From assembly GCF_009914755.1 (NCBI RefSeq), contig NC_060942.1: DNA of 64,000 nt, one strand, 5' to 3'. A program made the translations under genes and the position numbers. Source of the DNA: the human T2T-CHM13v2.0 reference genome, Homo sapiens. The notes beneath the pieces are model-generated. The model saw only the letters and a program-made list of their open reading frames with translations. It was not told the origin of the DNA and did not search any database. The stretch's first letter is position 1, and the number at the start of each line of letters is the position of its first letter. Positions 1 through 13,205 of the stretch are shown here, one piece after another.

Positions 1-1937
1 AGACACAGACCACAAAACCATTCTAGTTTCTGCAGCGGAGAACGCAATATGAGTATCTGTCTCAAGGTCATTTCCTGATAATATTATCTTCCAGTAATTT
101 GAGGCATAGGTTCAGGGAGGAGAGTAGGACGGAATTCTATTCCTGGCTTAGCTGTTTTCCTCTGTCTCCATCTTTAAAGCAATTTTGAAAGTCTCTTGCA
201 TATGGTTGATGTTCAGTAAAGGTTGGATGAACTGTCTTGACGTTCTTTTTGAAAACTGAGGATATGCTGTGTTCCGAGTAACTTGGCAATGTGTCAGTGA
301 GGGCACAATTATGAGTCAGAGACCATAGAACTGCAATGGGATCTTAAATTCTTTTAATTTTGGCAATCTCAATTCATCTAGAAGCACCTTTAGAAGAGCA
401 ATTGATCTTGAAATCTTAACATTCATCAATAAGTAGATGAGAAAGAAGTTTATAAAGTCATTGAATTTCAGAGAGAACTTGATGCCTGGCAGTCTATGGC
501 AAGTTGTGGACTTGCTTTATGTATATATATATATCTCCATGAAACCACAATTTGATTGATTCCAGTAGTTTTGACTTGGGTCTTGGCCCAGAATTCAAAA
601 GATAATGCTGTGACAGCAACAAGGAAATTGTAAGTATAGTTTTCTCTAAGTACTGTGAAAGGAGAAATGGAAACTAGGTTAACTACTTAGTGTTTTGCTA
701 ATCCTATTAATCGGTATGAAGTTTCTTGATTCTGTCTTTTTTGGAAGTATCACAATCATGCATGCTTTACATACAGTGGGGTTTTTTAATGGGTATTACT
801 GTTAGTAATTCCCTTCATCCACTTTTGGGTGGACTACCTGTTATAAGCTTGGAATGATGTGTAGCTTTTGTTAGTTTAGAAAATTCCTTTTTTTCCAGCC
901 TAGACCTTTCATTATCTCACATCTAATGTTTTTTCACCTCACATTATCCTCTTTCTTCCACCCTCTATCATTTGTATTTTTTTGTGTAGCTTTTTGCCTG
1001 TGGCTTCTTTTACATCTAGAATCCAGTAATGCCAATATGTCTTTATAACTTCCAGATGAACAATTTAATATTCCTCCTTTACTCCCCACCATTTACTGCA
1101 TCTTGTTTCAACACATAACTTTAGTTTTAGGGATTAGTGAAAGTACAGATTATTGTATATTCAATTAAATGCCACCGGTAAGGGGCAGAGAGGTTTCTTC
1201 CAGGTTAATTATTTACATTCGTCTTTAGAATCTCAAGAGTTCAACAAACGTGGGCTGAGACCAGTTAAAATACAGATATTTAGAAATTGTTACAATATCT
1301 TTAGAGTCAGCCAGGAACAAAATTGTCAGAAAGGGAAGACAGGGGCTTGACTTCAGATCCTCCCACCCATCCACATACACACTTTTTCGTTCTTAAGTGT
1401 CTCTCCGTGTTCCTATTGACTTTATTCTAGTAAGCTTCTAGTTCTCCACTTTCCCATTTAGGATTTTCATTGGTAGAAATATGTCCCATTCCAACTCTTT
1501 CTTTGTGTCTTTTCCGTTAACCATTCAACAAATATGTTGTGCCTCTTTTTACCAGCTACTCTGCAAATCAATGAAAGGCTTAGTTTAGGTGGTTGTGGGA
1601 GTAATGAGATTAAACATAACCTTTATTTTAAAAACATGTAGAGATTAAAAAAATAATTAAGTGTGAAATTTCCTAACCCACCATTTAGATCTCTATAATA
1701 CAGGTTCTGAGAACTCAACATAGCTGAAATTTGTCCGCAAGCAGACCTACTTTCAGAGTCCAGTCCCTTACAGAACGATTAATTCATCAGCTGCTGAAGA
1801 ATCAAGTCCAAATAAAATTAATGGTACCACACAAGCTTCATCCTTTAGTTTACATATAATGTGAGTTATTTATATCCTTTAATGATAATGTTCTCTTGAA
1901 TTTTCCTGAAACACTAGCCATATTTATCCATTTAAAA

Positions 1938-2470
1938 CAGTGGTCCCCAAACTTTTGACACCAGGGACGGGTTTCATGACTATTTTTTCACAGACTGGGA
2001 TTGGGGGATGGTTTCGGGATGATTCAAATGCATTACATTTGTTGTACACCTTATTTTTATTATTATTACCTTGTAATATATAATGAAATAATTGTACAAC
2101 TCACTATAATGTAGAATCAGTGGGAGCCCTGAGCTTGTTTTCCCGCAACTGGACTGTCCCATCTGGGGGTGATGGGAGACAGTGACAGATCATCAGGCAT
2201 TAGATTCTCATAAGAAGCGTGCAACCCAGATCCCTTGCATGTGCAGTTCACAATAGAATTCATGCTCCTGTGAGAATCTAATGCTGCTGCTGATCTGACA
2301 GGAGGCGGAGCTCAGACGGTAATTTGAGCCATGGGGAGCAGATGTAAATACAGATGAAGCTTTGCTTCCTCACTGGCTGCTCACCTCCTGCTGTGCAGCC
2401 CAGTTCCTAACAGGCCACTGACCAATGGGACCATGCCAAGGGTCCATGGCATGAGGGTTGGGGACCCCTG
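1938..2470 (-). mobile_element. MER1A-like hAT-Charlie DNA transposon (non-autonomous)
   Basis: TIRs CAGTGGTCCCCAA...TTGGGGACCCCTG; 8-bp TSD ATTTAAAA/ATTTAACA; internal MER1 motifs (GAGAATCTAATGC, CTGACAGGAGGCGGAGCTCAG). Confidence 0.85.
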
Positions 2471-3044
2471 ATTTAACATGATTCTTGCCTTCATTTAAAG
2501 TACAAATTATTTGTATTATATAATATATATCATCAAAGGGTGGTGTCCAAGGTGTTCTGTTGCTCCATTAGCAGCCTTGGATACAAGGTAGAAGTAAGCA
2601 TTTGAGCCAATGATTCTCTTGAGTGGAGTTCCCTCTTCAGTAGTCTTACCCTTGAGCACCTAAATAAGACCCGTTCCAGTACCTCATTAAAATCCCCAAC
2701 ACATATTTTTGCTGAGCATGGTTCTGAAAACCACAGAAGCAAAAGTAGGTGTTCAGTAATTTACTGTCTTAAATGCAGCTATTGATAGGGTTCAGTATAC
2801 TATTGAAAAGTATATACTCATTCATCAGGGTCCCTTAATTCTATAGCTTTATATTTGTGAGTTTTAGACTGGGTTCTTCTTTAGATTCAACATACAAGGT
2901 ACCTTTGAGTAAAGATGCTTTTTCTTATATAAAGTGCAGTATTCAGTTTTCTAATATGTACACCCTGAAGTTCTCCAAGACCAGTCATCTTTATTATACA
3001 ACCACACTGAATTAGATCCAACAGGGCATATATTAGTGTTGTCA

Positions 3045-3680
3045 GCAACATTTGTTGAACACTTATTTTGAGCTAGACCCTAAAGTAAACACAAGACGTG
3101 CAAAGCTTCTGCCTTCCTAGAGCTTGCACCCTAGTGGGAAAAGCAAGTGATAATGAACAAGAAGACAGACGTCAGCTGGGGAGAAAGGCTATAAAAAAGA
3201 ATTAAAATATGGGGAACCCACAGAAAATGAATGGGAGCCTTCTTTAGATTCAGGGTTCTGCAAGATCTCTCTGTAGAAGAAAAATTTCAGCCGAGAACTG
3301 AATGACAATTAGAAGTCAGCTTATGAAAGTCGGGGAGGAGGAAAAATTCAGGTAGAGAGAACTGCAGTGCAAAGGCCCTGGGGCAGGGTGAAACTTGGTT
3401 CCTTCAAGGAATATAACAAAGAGGGCAAAGAGTATTAGTAGAGAACTAGCCAGAGCCAGATCATGCAACATTTCGTAAGCCAGACAAGTGGCTTTAGGTT
3501 CTATTTTCAGTTTGATAGGAAGCCACTGGAAAATATTAAGCAGAACAGTAATGTGGTCTGACTTAGATTTTTAAAAGATAATTCTGCTTGTTATGTGGAG
3601 AATGGATGGGGCAAAACTGGGAGCATGGAGACAAGTTAGGAGGCTCTTATTAGTTGCAGTGACCATGCAGTTTATCCAAA
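3045..3680 (-). mobile_element. L2 LINE 3' fragment (old, diverged)
   Basis: caacatttgttgaacacttatt...gccttcctagagcttgcaccctagtggg...gcaaaggccctggggcagg...aggaagccactgg resembles the reverse-complemented L2 3' end. Boundaries approximate. Confidence 0.6.
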
Positions 3681-5462
3681 GCAGGGCCTTTCAGAGAGTG
3701 AAAGTGGGTGCCACTAACAGAACAGGGAATGTCAACTGGGCCTGTGCTGAGCAGACCAGGGCATGTGGCCATTTCAGCTGTTACAGTGGTCTTGCTGGAG
3801 AGAGAGCTGTGGAGCCTTTTAGGATGTTTCATGTAATCTTCACAATAAACTCTGTGCCCAATGCATATTAGCACCTGATAAATGTTTGCTGGGTGAGTTA
3901 ATGAGTAAATCAGTTAATCTGGGGGAAGATTAGTATCTTTGTTTCGTAAAAGAAACTATGCTACAAGCATATTGTGAACTCTAATTCCAATGATAAAACC
4001 CACACTCTTTCTTTAATTTCTTACCTAAGATGTCATAATTGTTGCTTTTCAAATGTTTTTAAACTACTGTACATGCATTTCCATTTTCTTCCTTCATTTT
4101 CTTCCCTCTCTTGGGTTTAGGGATCTACATGCAAAGGTTTCATAAATGTGTTTGCTGTACTCATTTTTATCAAAGTCAGGAACCAGAGAGACCATTAACG
4201 ATATACAGTTCCCAGGAAACTTTTTGATCTTTCTTTTTGAAGCATCCTGTTCCACATTTAATGCCCAACCTCATAAGGTCTCCACCTGGGTACTCTGTCA
4301 GAATTCATTTAACAAGTCTAATGGTATGTGCTGTCTTACCTACCCACTCACACCTTTTACAAAAAACTCTCTCCTCTGTTCTCTTCTGCCCATCCGGGAA
4401 ATAATTCCACCTTACTTCCAGGTAAAGAGACCTACGAATCATTTCCATCATATTCACCACACCCTTTAGAGGTACAGTAGCTTTTGCATGTTGGATAACT
4501 TTCATCAAATTATCAATAAAAAAGAGCATCTCACTCTCCTACTTTGAATTATGAATATTAAAAAATTTCAAATTTGTATGATTTATACAATTTGTATTGT
4601 AAATTCTATATATTTCTGGCTTACTCCATAAACATTCAAAATAGGCATATCTTCTGACATGATCAGGTTAAATAGAAGCCTGGCATATAAATAGAAGATG
4701 TGCATGCACGAGCTTAATGATGGGTGCATGCTTGATGTGACTGTGTATATTGTGTATGCTCACGTGTTCATGTGTGTGCATTCATGTGTGCACATGTGGG
4801 CAGGCATGCAGACGCAATGTGCACATGCTCTCATTATGACCCTGCTCATCCTCTATAATCCATAAACCTGATATAGCCCAGTAAATGCAGTTATGCTTCA
4901 GAAAAAAATGTTGCAGCTTGCATCCTTATACTCATTCCTCCTATTTTATCCTATTTAGATTGCTTAAGAAAATATAAACCTATATACCATGAGATAAAGG
5001 ATATTCAACAAGAGCATCTTCTCTTTAGTTAGATTTATAAAACTAGTTTCCATTTTAGATCCCAGGGAAAATCAGCTCTTTCAGATGATGTTGGAAGATT
5101 TGAAAGTTTACAACATCATAGTCCCAACCTTTGCTTGATTAGGAGGAAGCTAATGGACCTTATATTAGCCTGTATTCGTCATCGTGTAAATATGAACTAG
5201 TTGATTAACTACCGAGTAATATTATCAGAGAAGGACAGTGCTAACATTCTCCTAAAATATAAACTCTCTCATAGTCACATACAATGATATATTCAATTTA
5301 ATGTATTCATAGAGCAAATGTGAAGCATTTCTATTTTGTTATCCTATGCGTTAGAATTTATATGCTTGAAATTTAATATGTAAGCATTTAGTTTTCATAA
5401 TTATGCCTTTTGTTGTAAGAATAACACCTACCAAAATGGGCTCAGCTTCCAGCAGGAAAACT

Positions 5463-5763
5463 GTTTTTTTGTTTTTTTTTTTTTTTGAGACGGAGTCTCG
5501 CTCTGTCTCCCAGGCTGGAGTGCAGTGGTGCGATCTCGGCTCACTGCAAGCTCCACCTCCCGTGTTCACGCCATTCTCCTGCTCAGCCTCCCGAGTAGCT
5601 GGGACTACAGGTGCCTGCCAGTACGCCCGGCTAATTTTTTCTTTTTTTATATATTTTTAGTAGAGACGGGTTTCACCGTGTTAGCCAGGATGGTCTCGAT
5701 CTCCTGACCTCGTGATCCCTCCTAAAGTGGTGGGATTACAGGCGTGAGCCACTGTGCCCAGCC
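5463..5763 (-). mobile_element. AluY-like SINE
   Basis: Poly-T then GAGACGGAGTCTCGCTCTGT; AluY-type GCAAGCTCC, TTCACGCCATTCTCC, GGATGGTCTCGATCTCC; TSD AGGAAAACT at 5454-62 and 5764-72; small internal deletion near 5718. Confidence 0.92.
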
Positions 5764-8728
5764 AGGAAAACTCTTGAGTTTAGCTATTAAAAATCCCCTT
5801 CTCTCTGCTCCACTGCTTGCAGTTTAGGTTATTGGAAACTTATAAAATAAAATTTGGATTTGGATTTTCCTTTTTAAAAATTAGCAGAAACGAGTTAGGA
5901 AGAGCATTCTTTGACACTGGAGGAGTAGAATGATTCTCAAGAATTTGAGACTGGACCGTCAATAAACTGGAAGTGTCAGATACGGCAAATCTATTCTTTG
6001 TGAATGACAGCTTTTTGTGATCTTTTTTCCACTAAAATGTTAACATTTACCTTTTAGTGTTTGACTTAATGTAGTAAGTTATATGTGTCTTTTTGTTCAA
6101 AAATATGAGAAACTAACACGTCACTTTTTAATGGAAATTGCCATATTTTTTCCTGGCCAGGAGTAGGCTTCAGGGCAGTGACTTTGCAGAGATGAGATGT
6201 AACATACCCCAGTCTGTGTCCTTTCCGAGTGCCACAAACTCCTTGTAGATCAAATCTGGAAAATACAGGCAAAGCTATTTCATAACAACTGTCTTATAAC
6301 AAATCTTAATGTGTAAGAACTACAATTCTTGATGTTTATTTTACTTTATTGCTGAATTTGTGATTCTTTTTCAGGAAGAACAGTCACTGTGAATATGAGT
6401 AGTCAACAGGATATGTTTCCATATGAAGGTCCCTGTCCCAACTTAATGAAAAGTTGAGCAAAAGTATAATGCAAAATTCTAAGTAGCAACCTTTTTATAA
6501 GTGTAATTTCATCAAACCATCCACTTTCAAATATTTCATAACTTTTATCAGCCAAAAATTTCAATTAACCAAAAAAAAAAAAATCACCTATTCGAAAGCT
6601 AAAGAATATTGTAGAATTGGGAATGGCACTCTCTGTTGTCAGAACCTTAGCAGGCTCTGAATGAGGCACCAAGAATCTGCCTTCTGCTCTGTTCTGATTA
6701 AACTTTAAAATGCACCAAACAGCAGGAAAGGTGGTCATAGCTGTAAATGTCTTTGTGCTAATGATGACTTTTCTCACTAGTAACAGCTGGGGAGTGAAAC
6801 TCGACAAAGACAAAATTATAAATGTTTTATATCGGAAAACACTAGGTGAGTTTGAAACGTGGTCAATCGATTAGGTTACTGCCAAGAAGTAAACAATAGA
6901 CTCATTAAAGCTGTAATTAGTCATTGTTGACATATTGTATTTTTAATCAGAGCTCCAGTAGGGGATGAAGTGGCTGAAATCATCTAGTGAAATAATCTAG
7001 GGCTTTGTGAAGTAGAAGTAAAACCAGATTTTAAAAACTCAGCCATGCCTTTCCCTTGGGATTTCTATACCACCTTTGTTCTGATGAAGTTGGTGACTTC
7101 AATTAGGCTAGTAAGTAGCCTATAATAATTGATTAATTGTTTTGTGTTTGTGTTACATTGGGTACTTGTCAAAAGGGTTTTGTGGCTCCCTATTATTTGG
7201 CATATCAAGAGTAGAGAGGAATTCATGGTGAATTCCTCTTCAAGGCAGGGAGCCAGGTATGTTACATACTCGCGACTGCAGATAAACATCCTAAGAATCA
7301 AGGGTTAAGTACTTTCTCCTGTAGTTGGTAAATGGCTAAAATTGAGCTTCTGAACTCAGGGCTGTGGATTCCAATGCCTGCCTCTTTCCATGATACCATT
7401 GACAACAATGATCCTTTGGATCCCACCTCATCTGCCACGGCCCCCTAAAGCTTCTGCTTCCATCTAAGCCGAATCTCCTGTAACCAATGACACTCGTGCA
7501 CATTCTACCTCCAGAACCACCACTCTCCTCATTCCAGCTCTCCCTCTCTCCTTTCCCTATCAAACTCCAGCTTTCATCTCATCTCCTCCATGAAGCCCTC
7601 CTGATTATTTCTGCCCACCCCACCAAACATCCCTTTATGAGTTTTTCCTCTCTCCTCTGAACTCCTCTGTCAGATTTACAGCCCTAGATTTTCTGAGGTA
7701 GAACTCATTCCAAATAAGTTAGCGGATGAAGAAACATTTTCCCCAATAACATAAGAGTTAAGAATCATATGTAATTGCCTTCCTTATTTTCTGTTCAGCT
7801 TCAAATCATGCACATCACAGAAGGAAAGTTCCAAGTCAGAGATTTTTATTTCTATAGGCATCTATGTAGGGTAGAAAGAGCCTGGTGAAACAAACAAGCA
7901 CCTTCTTTGGACTAATTCCATGCTCTGTAGATATAATCTCCATTTTCCAGTATTTATTAAATTCATAAAATGCTTCTTGTAAAATATCCGCTAAAACAAT
8001 GAATAGCCAACATTCTTTTTCTAAAGAGATCTTGGCTTTTCCTTGGAATCACATGGCTCTGTGAGTTATCTAGAATTATATTTAAGTGAGAAATTTTTAA
8101 TAAAATGACACATCTTATTTTCATAGATATTTGCCTATGAACCCATAGATGCTATCTAATTCAACTTCCCCACATCTCAGGGAGGCAGAACTTGTGGGCA
8201 GATATTTTGATTAGTTTGCCCTTTCTCAGATAATAAAGCAAAGCAGTGGAACTTTGGCACGACTTCCTCAAAGCAGCAGCCAGCTAGAAAATGAACCCAA
8301 TTTGCAAGTAATAGGCCAATGTCAGAAAACTTAGTAAATCATTTTATTAAACAAGCCATATCTTTAATTTAAAACCAAATCTTTTTCTTTATGGAGACAT
8401 TGTTTAGGAGTAGAAACTTCAATTTGCATATATACATTTAATATCCTTTCATATATCACATAACTCTACAGAGAAAAGGGATGGATTATCTGCTTCACTG
8501 AGGGTGGCATATCATTTTCATGATAAGGGCAATGAATCATGCTGTGACTGGTGCTGTTTAGCCCATTGAATCAGGCGCCTATGGTGGGAAAGGAATCATC
8601 TTCCTAACTAAGCACTGTCTTAGGAAAAGATATGTCTTTATGAGTGTGGTCTACTCTTCTAGTAGCTGTAGAGTGAGACTTAGGAATCATTCATTGGCAG
8701 TGAGGAGTTTCTGGGCTAAGAGGTAGGG

Positions 8729-8887
8729 CAGTGCTTCTTAACCCTGGCTACATGTTGGAATCATTAGGGAGAGTGTTAAAAGGTACACATGCTTTTGTCA
8801 TATCAGAATTCAGATTTACAATACTTAAATTGGTGTATGGCCTGGGCACTGGGGAGTTTTTAAAGCAGCCAAGTTTGAGAACCACTG
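8729..8887. mobile_element. MER5-type hAT MITE
   Basis: Ends CAGTGCTTCTTAACC...GTTTGAGAACCACTG (degenerate TIR); flanks AGGTAGGG/AGTTAGGA resemble an 8-bp TSD. Confidence 0.65.
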
Positions 8888-10014
8888 AGTTAGGAAAACC
8901 CATTTTCCTGTCTTGGTGACTGATCTCAAGGAAGGCATTGGCCTCTTTGTGTGTATTTCCTAGTCTGCTCAATGGACATTGGTTCTGCTTCATCGCATCA
9001 CAAGTGTTTTCAGTCTTAGAAGAGACATATGTGAAAGATTCTTTCAATATACAGCTTTACAGAATTTCAAGCAATTTACATTTATTTTTCTTGTTCCCTA
9101 GCTGGAGTCCTGGCAGAAAGGATCTAGGAAAGCATTTAAAGAAAAAAAAAAAGCATGACTGCCTTAGAAAAATTGAGTCATGCACCAACTTAAGAAGACA
9201 AGCAGAAAAATTTTTGAAATCAAATGATAAATCTTTCCAAAAATTCTTGAAGTGAGTTTATTTAATCCAAACATTTATATAACATCTCAGCGCATCTGTT
9301 TTGAGTGAGTAAAATTATAATATTTTGGGGGCTACTTCTAATTTTCAGGGAAATTTAGAATGTGTGAGGGAACAAAATCGAATGTAGTGGGGAAAGCATA
9401 TTAAGGACATTTATAACAGTTTTCAGCAGAAGGAGAAATCCGCAAGCTATGTGCCAAGCTTTGCTGACAGCCATCAGTAAGGAGAAATCACTCTTAACTG
9501 CCACAGCATCAAATTATTAATAGATAAATGGGCTCCTTTCTTGACCAATGGGTTTTCTACACTGGAATTGGGTGCTGAAGGGGTTTACAGAGTCTCGAGA
9601 TTCTGGAATAGTGGATGAGGATGGAGAAAAATGGTTTTCAGACCTGGCTGCTCTTCTGCTGATTCCTACTGGAATACTTAAGCTTCCGCTTGTCCAAGAC
9701 CTACCTGCCTGAAGACACTCTGTTTCAGCTTATCCAGAGAGTCCCTCGAGTTGGTATTTGTAAACTTCACAGGGAATACTGATGATCCCCAGTGTGGGAC
9801 CCACTGGATTATATACACACTCCAGTTCTGATCCAGGATTGCTTGGCGGTGCCTGGATCACCAACCTGCGCTGCTGTTTCTCAATGATTTTCAATTACTC
9901 AGTCCTGATCTGTGAGCACATGTGCACAGAAGATTGGCTGTTGGAACTTTGTCAAATAACAAACATTTCTATAAATCATAAATTACTTTATTTGTGAGAA
10001 ATTATTTCTGAGAA

Positions 10015-10383
10015 TTATTTTTTAGTCAAGATTGTTTTGGCTATTCTGTGTCCCTTTCATTTCCATAGAGTTTTTAAGATCAGCTAGTGATTTTTGCAAA
10101 AAGGCAACCAGATTTTGAGGAGGAATAAGTTGAATGTGTAGTGTTGTGGCATTGTTTTAAAGATTAAATGTGTTAATCATTAGTATTTAGTGCTTAGACT
10201 AAATGATAATAGACTCAGATGATAATAGAATAATGATAAAACAGTACCTGATTAAGTATATATATGATTAAATACATAGATTATTAAAGGTACATATGAT
10301 TGAATATATACAACTATATCAGGCCCTATTGTATCATTTTCTATTATCATTTGAATTGTCTCAAATATTCTTTTCTAATTTTT
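10015..10383 (+). repeat. ~360 bp direct duplication, copy 1 (copy 2 at 11931-12285)
   Basis: Alignable by eye; GATAATAGACTCAGATGATAATAGAATAATGATA and GTGTAGTGTTGTGGCATTGTTTTAAAGA occur in both copies. Confidence 0.9.
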
Positions 10384-10574
10384 GATAGAAATGTATTTTA
10401 TGGCCTATAGATAAAATGTATTCTATAGGCAATTTCCATTTGGTTTCAGGAGGGTATTATTGTTTGAATATGCATGATACTTACTAGTAAGTTACTGCAA
10501 TGCAAACAAGCATTGTGGAGGTAGGCCTGAATAATTATTGTAAGAGAAAATATAATATTCTTATCTTGTTGGGG

Positions 10575-12057
10575 TTTTTAATAACAGCTTTATTGAAATA
10601 TAATTCATGTATCATAAAATCTACCCTTTTAAAGAGTACAGTTCAGTGTTTTTTTAGAATATGCACAAAGTTGTGCCACCATTACTATTTAAATCCAGAA
10701 CACGTTCACCCTTCCCCACAGAAACCCATATACATTGGCAGTCATTCCCCAATCCTCCTCTCACCAGCCGCTGGCAAAAGCGCCTATACACTATGTCTAT
10801 ATGGATTTATCTATTCTGGGTATTTCATATAAGTAGAATCATAAAATATTTGGCCTTTTGCATCTGATTTTGTTACTTTAACATAATGTTTTCAAGGTTT
10901 ATCCATATTGTTGTATGTATAAGCACTTCATTCCTTTCTGTGAAGAATAACATTGAATTGTACATACATGCCACATTTTGTTTACACATTCAGTGGATGG
11001 ACATTTGGTTTGTTTATAATTTGGGGCTATTATGAATAATGCTGCTATGAGCATTCATGTACAAATCTTTGAGTGAATATATGTTTTCATTTCTTTTGTG
11101 TCTAGACCCAGAAGTGGAATTATTGGATCATGCATTAAATCTATGTTTAAAGTTTTGGAGAATTGCCAAACTGTTTTCCAAAGTGGCTGCTCCATTTACA
11201 TTCCCACCAGCAATATAGGAGGGTTGCAACTTTCCACATCCTCACCAACACTTGTTACTGTCCATCTCTTTATACCCATCCTTCTGGGTGTAAAGTGGTA
11301 TCTCATTGCAGTTTTGACCCATACTTTTCTAATAACTAATGCTGTTTTGTCTTCTTTTCACGTACCATTTATATGTAGTCTTTGAGAAGATATCTCTTCA
11401 AAGCCTTTGCTCATTTTTAAAGTTTGGTTATTTGTCTTTTTATCAAGCTATAAGAGTTCTTTATGTAGTCTGGATATAAGTTCCTTATCAGATATATGAT
11501 TTGCAGGTATTTTCACCCAGCCTAGGGGTTGTATTTTCCTTTTTTTCATGGTGTCTATTGAAGCACAAAAGTTTTTATTTTTTTTTCTTTTTTTGAGTCT
11601 AAGAAATCATTACCTAATCCAGAGTTATGAAGACTTACTCTTATATTTTCTTCTAAGAGTTTCATAGTTTTAGCTCTTATATTTAGGTCTATGATCCATT
11701 TAATTTAATTTTTCTATAAAAGCTTCTTTGTTGAAAGGACTATTCTTTTTCCCATTTATTTGTCCTGCCACCCTTGTCACAATTGACCATAAATGTAAGA
11801 GTTTATTTCTAGATTCCCAGTTGTCTTCCATTGATCTATTTGTCTATCCTTATGCCAGTGCTACACTCTCTTGATTACTGTAACTTTGCAGTAAGTTTTG
11901 AAATTGAAAAGTATAAGTCCTCCAACTTTATTATTTTTCAGTCAAGATCATTTTGGCTATTCTGTGTCCCTTTCATTTTCATATGAATTTTAGGATCAGC
12001 TTGTGATTTTTGTGAAAAGGCAAGTAGATTTTGAGAGGGATTAAATTAAATGTGTAG
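10575..12057 (-). mobile_element. L1 (L1MB/L1MA-type) 3' end, 5'-truncated
   Basis: acagctttattgaaatataattca...; ctgttttccaaagtggctgc...cattcccaccagca; gtggtatctcattgcagttttg: typical antisense L1M 3'UTR/ORF2 end. Confidence 0.85.
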
Positions 12058-12313
12058 TGTTGTGGCATTGTTTTAAAGACTAAATGTGTTAATTATTAGT
12101 GTTTAGTGCTTAGACTAAAAGATAATAGACTCAGATGATAATAGAATAATGATAGAACAGTACCTGATTAAATATGTGTTATATATGATTAAATATATAT
12201 ATGATTAAATACATGCAAATACATCAGGCACTGTTTTATCATTATTCTACTATCATTTGAGTTGCCTCAAATATTCCTAATTTTTTATATTTTTGTTAAT
12301 TTTACTGCAATGG

Positions 12314-12318
<5 letters not shown>

Positions 12319-12357
<39 letters not shown>
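12319..12357 (+). repeat. (TG)n microsatellite, ~19 units
   Basis: Read directly from the sequence. Confidence 0.97.
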
Positions 12358-12359
<2 letters not shown>

Positions 12360-13205
12360 TTTTTCTCTTCATAGTTACAATTTGCTTTGTTTGATAAAAA
12401 CTTACTAGATTTATGTGGAAACTATGTTAGTTGGTACATAAGAATTGCCAAGGTATACCTGTCTGGGGAAATAACCATGAAATTCTATACCATAATGTTG
12501 TAAAGAACTATCTATGAAGTTTCCAGTTACCCTTTATGGATTTCATGAGGCCTTTAACCTAAGAGTAATCTCTTAAGGTGCACTATTCCAACCATAAAAG
12601 AGTTATTCTTCTTTTGGCTTAATAAGCTGTAAATTGGACAAGGAGCCAAATTTTCCCCTTCCTTGTCATCAATGTGAGCTGAAGGTTGGTATGTGGATAT
12701 GAAGCAGAAGTTCTTTGATCCATTTGCTATTTGATTTTAAGACAAGTTAGCATCCACACGTCTTCTTTTGAAGAATTTGGAGGGAAATGCCAAAACTACA
12801 CCTTAGAGTTAAATAAGCTAATGTTAAATGTTCATAACTTTGTTTCAGTGGATACAGAAATACTGAAAATGAATATGCAATAAACACTTCAACTATAGGC
12901 CAGTTCACTGAAAGACCCTCTCAGCTGGTTATCAGGATATATAAGCAGGATGCCTTCATATGGTAATTATATGGCTGTCTTTCAAAACTGGAATTTATAG
13001 GTTGGAAGTAAGTTATGCAGGATATCAGATTTGAAATAGCAGTTCTGTCCATGGCCCTATCCTAGCTGTAACAGTAGCTATGCTTTAATTTTCTAAACTT
13101 TAAAAAATAAAGACAGATACCTCATGCTGTATTATCAACATTCTGGAAAGTTTTATCAGTGAGAGTTTTATCAAAAACAAAAAAAAAACAGAATCACTAT
13201 GAGTG

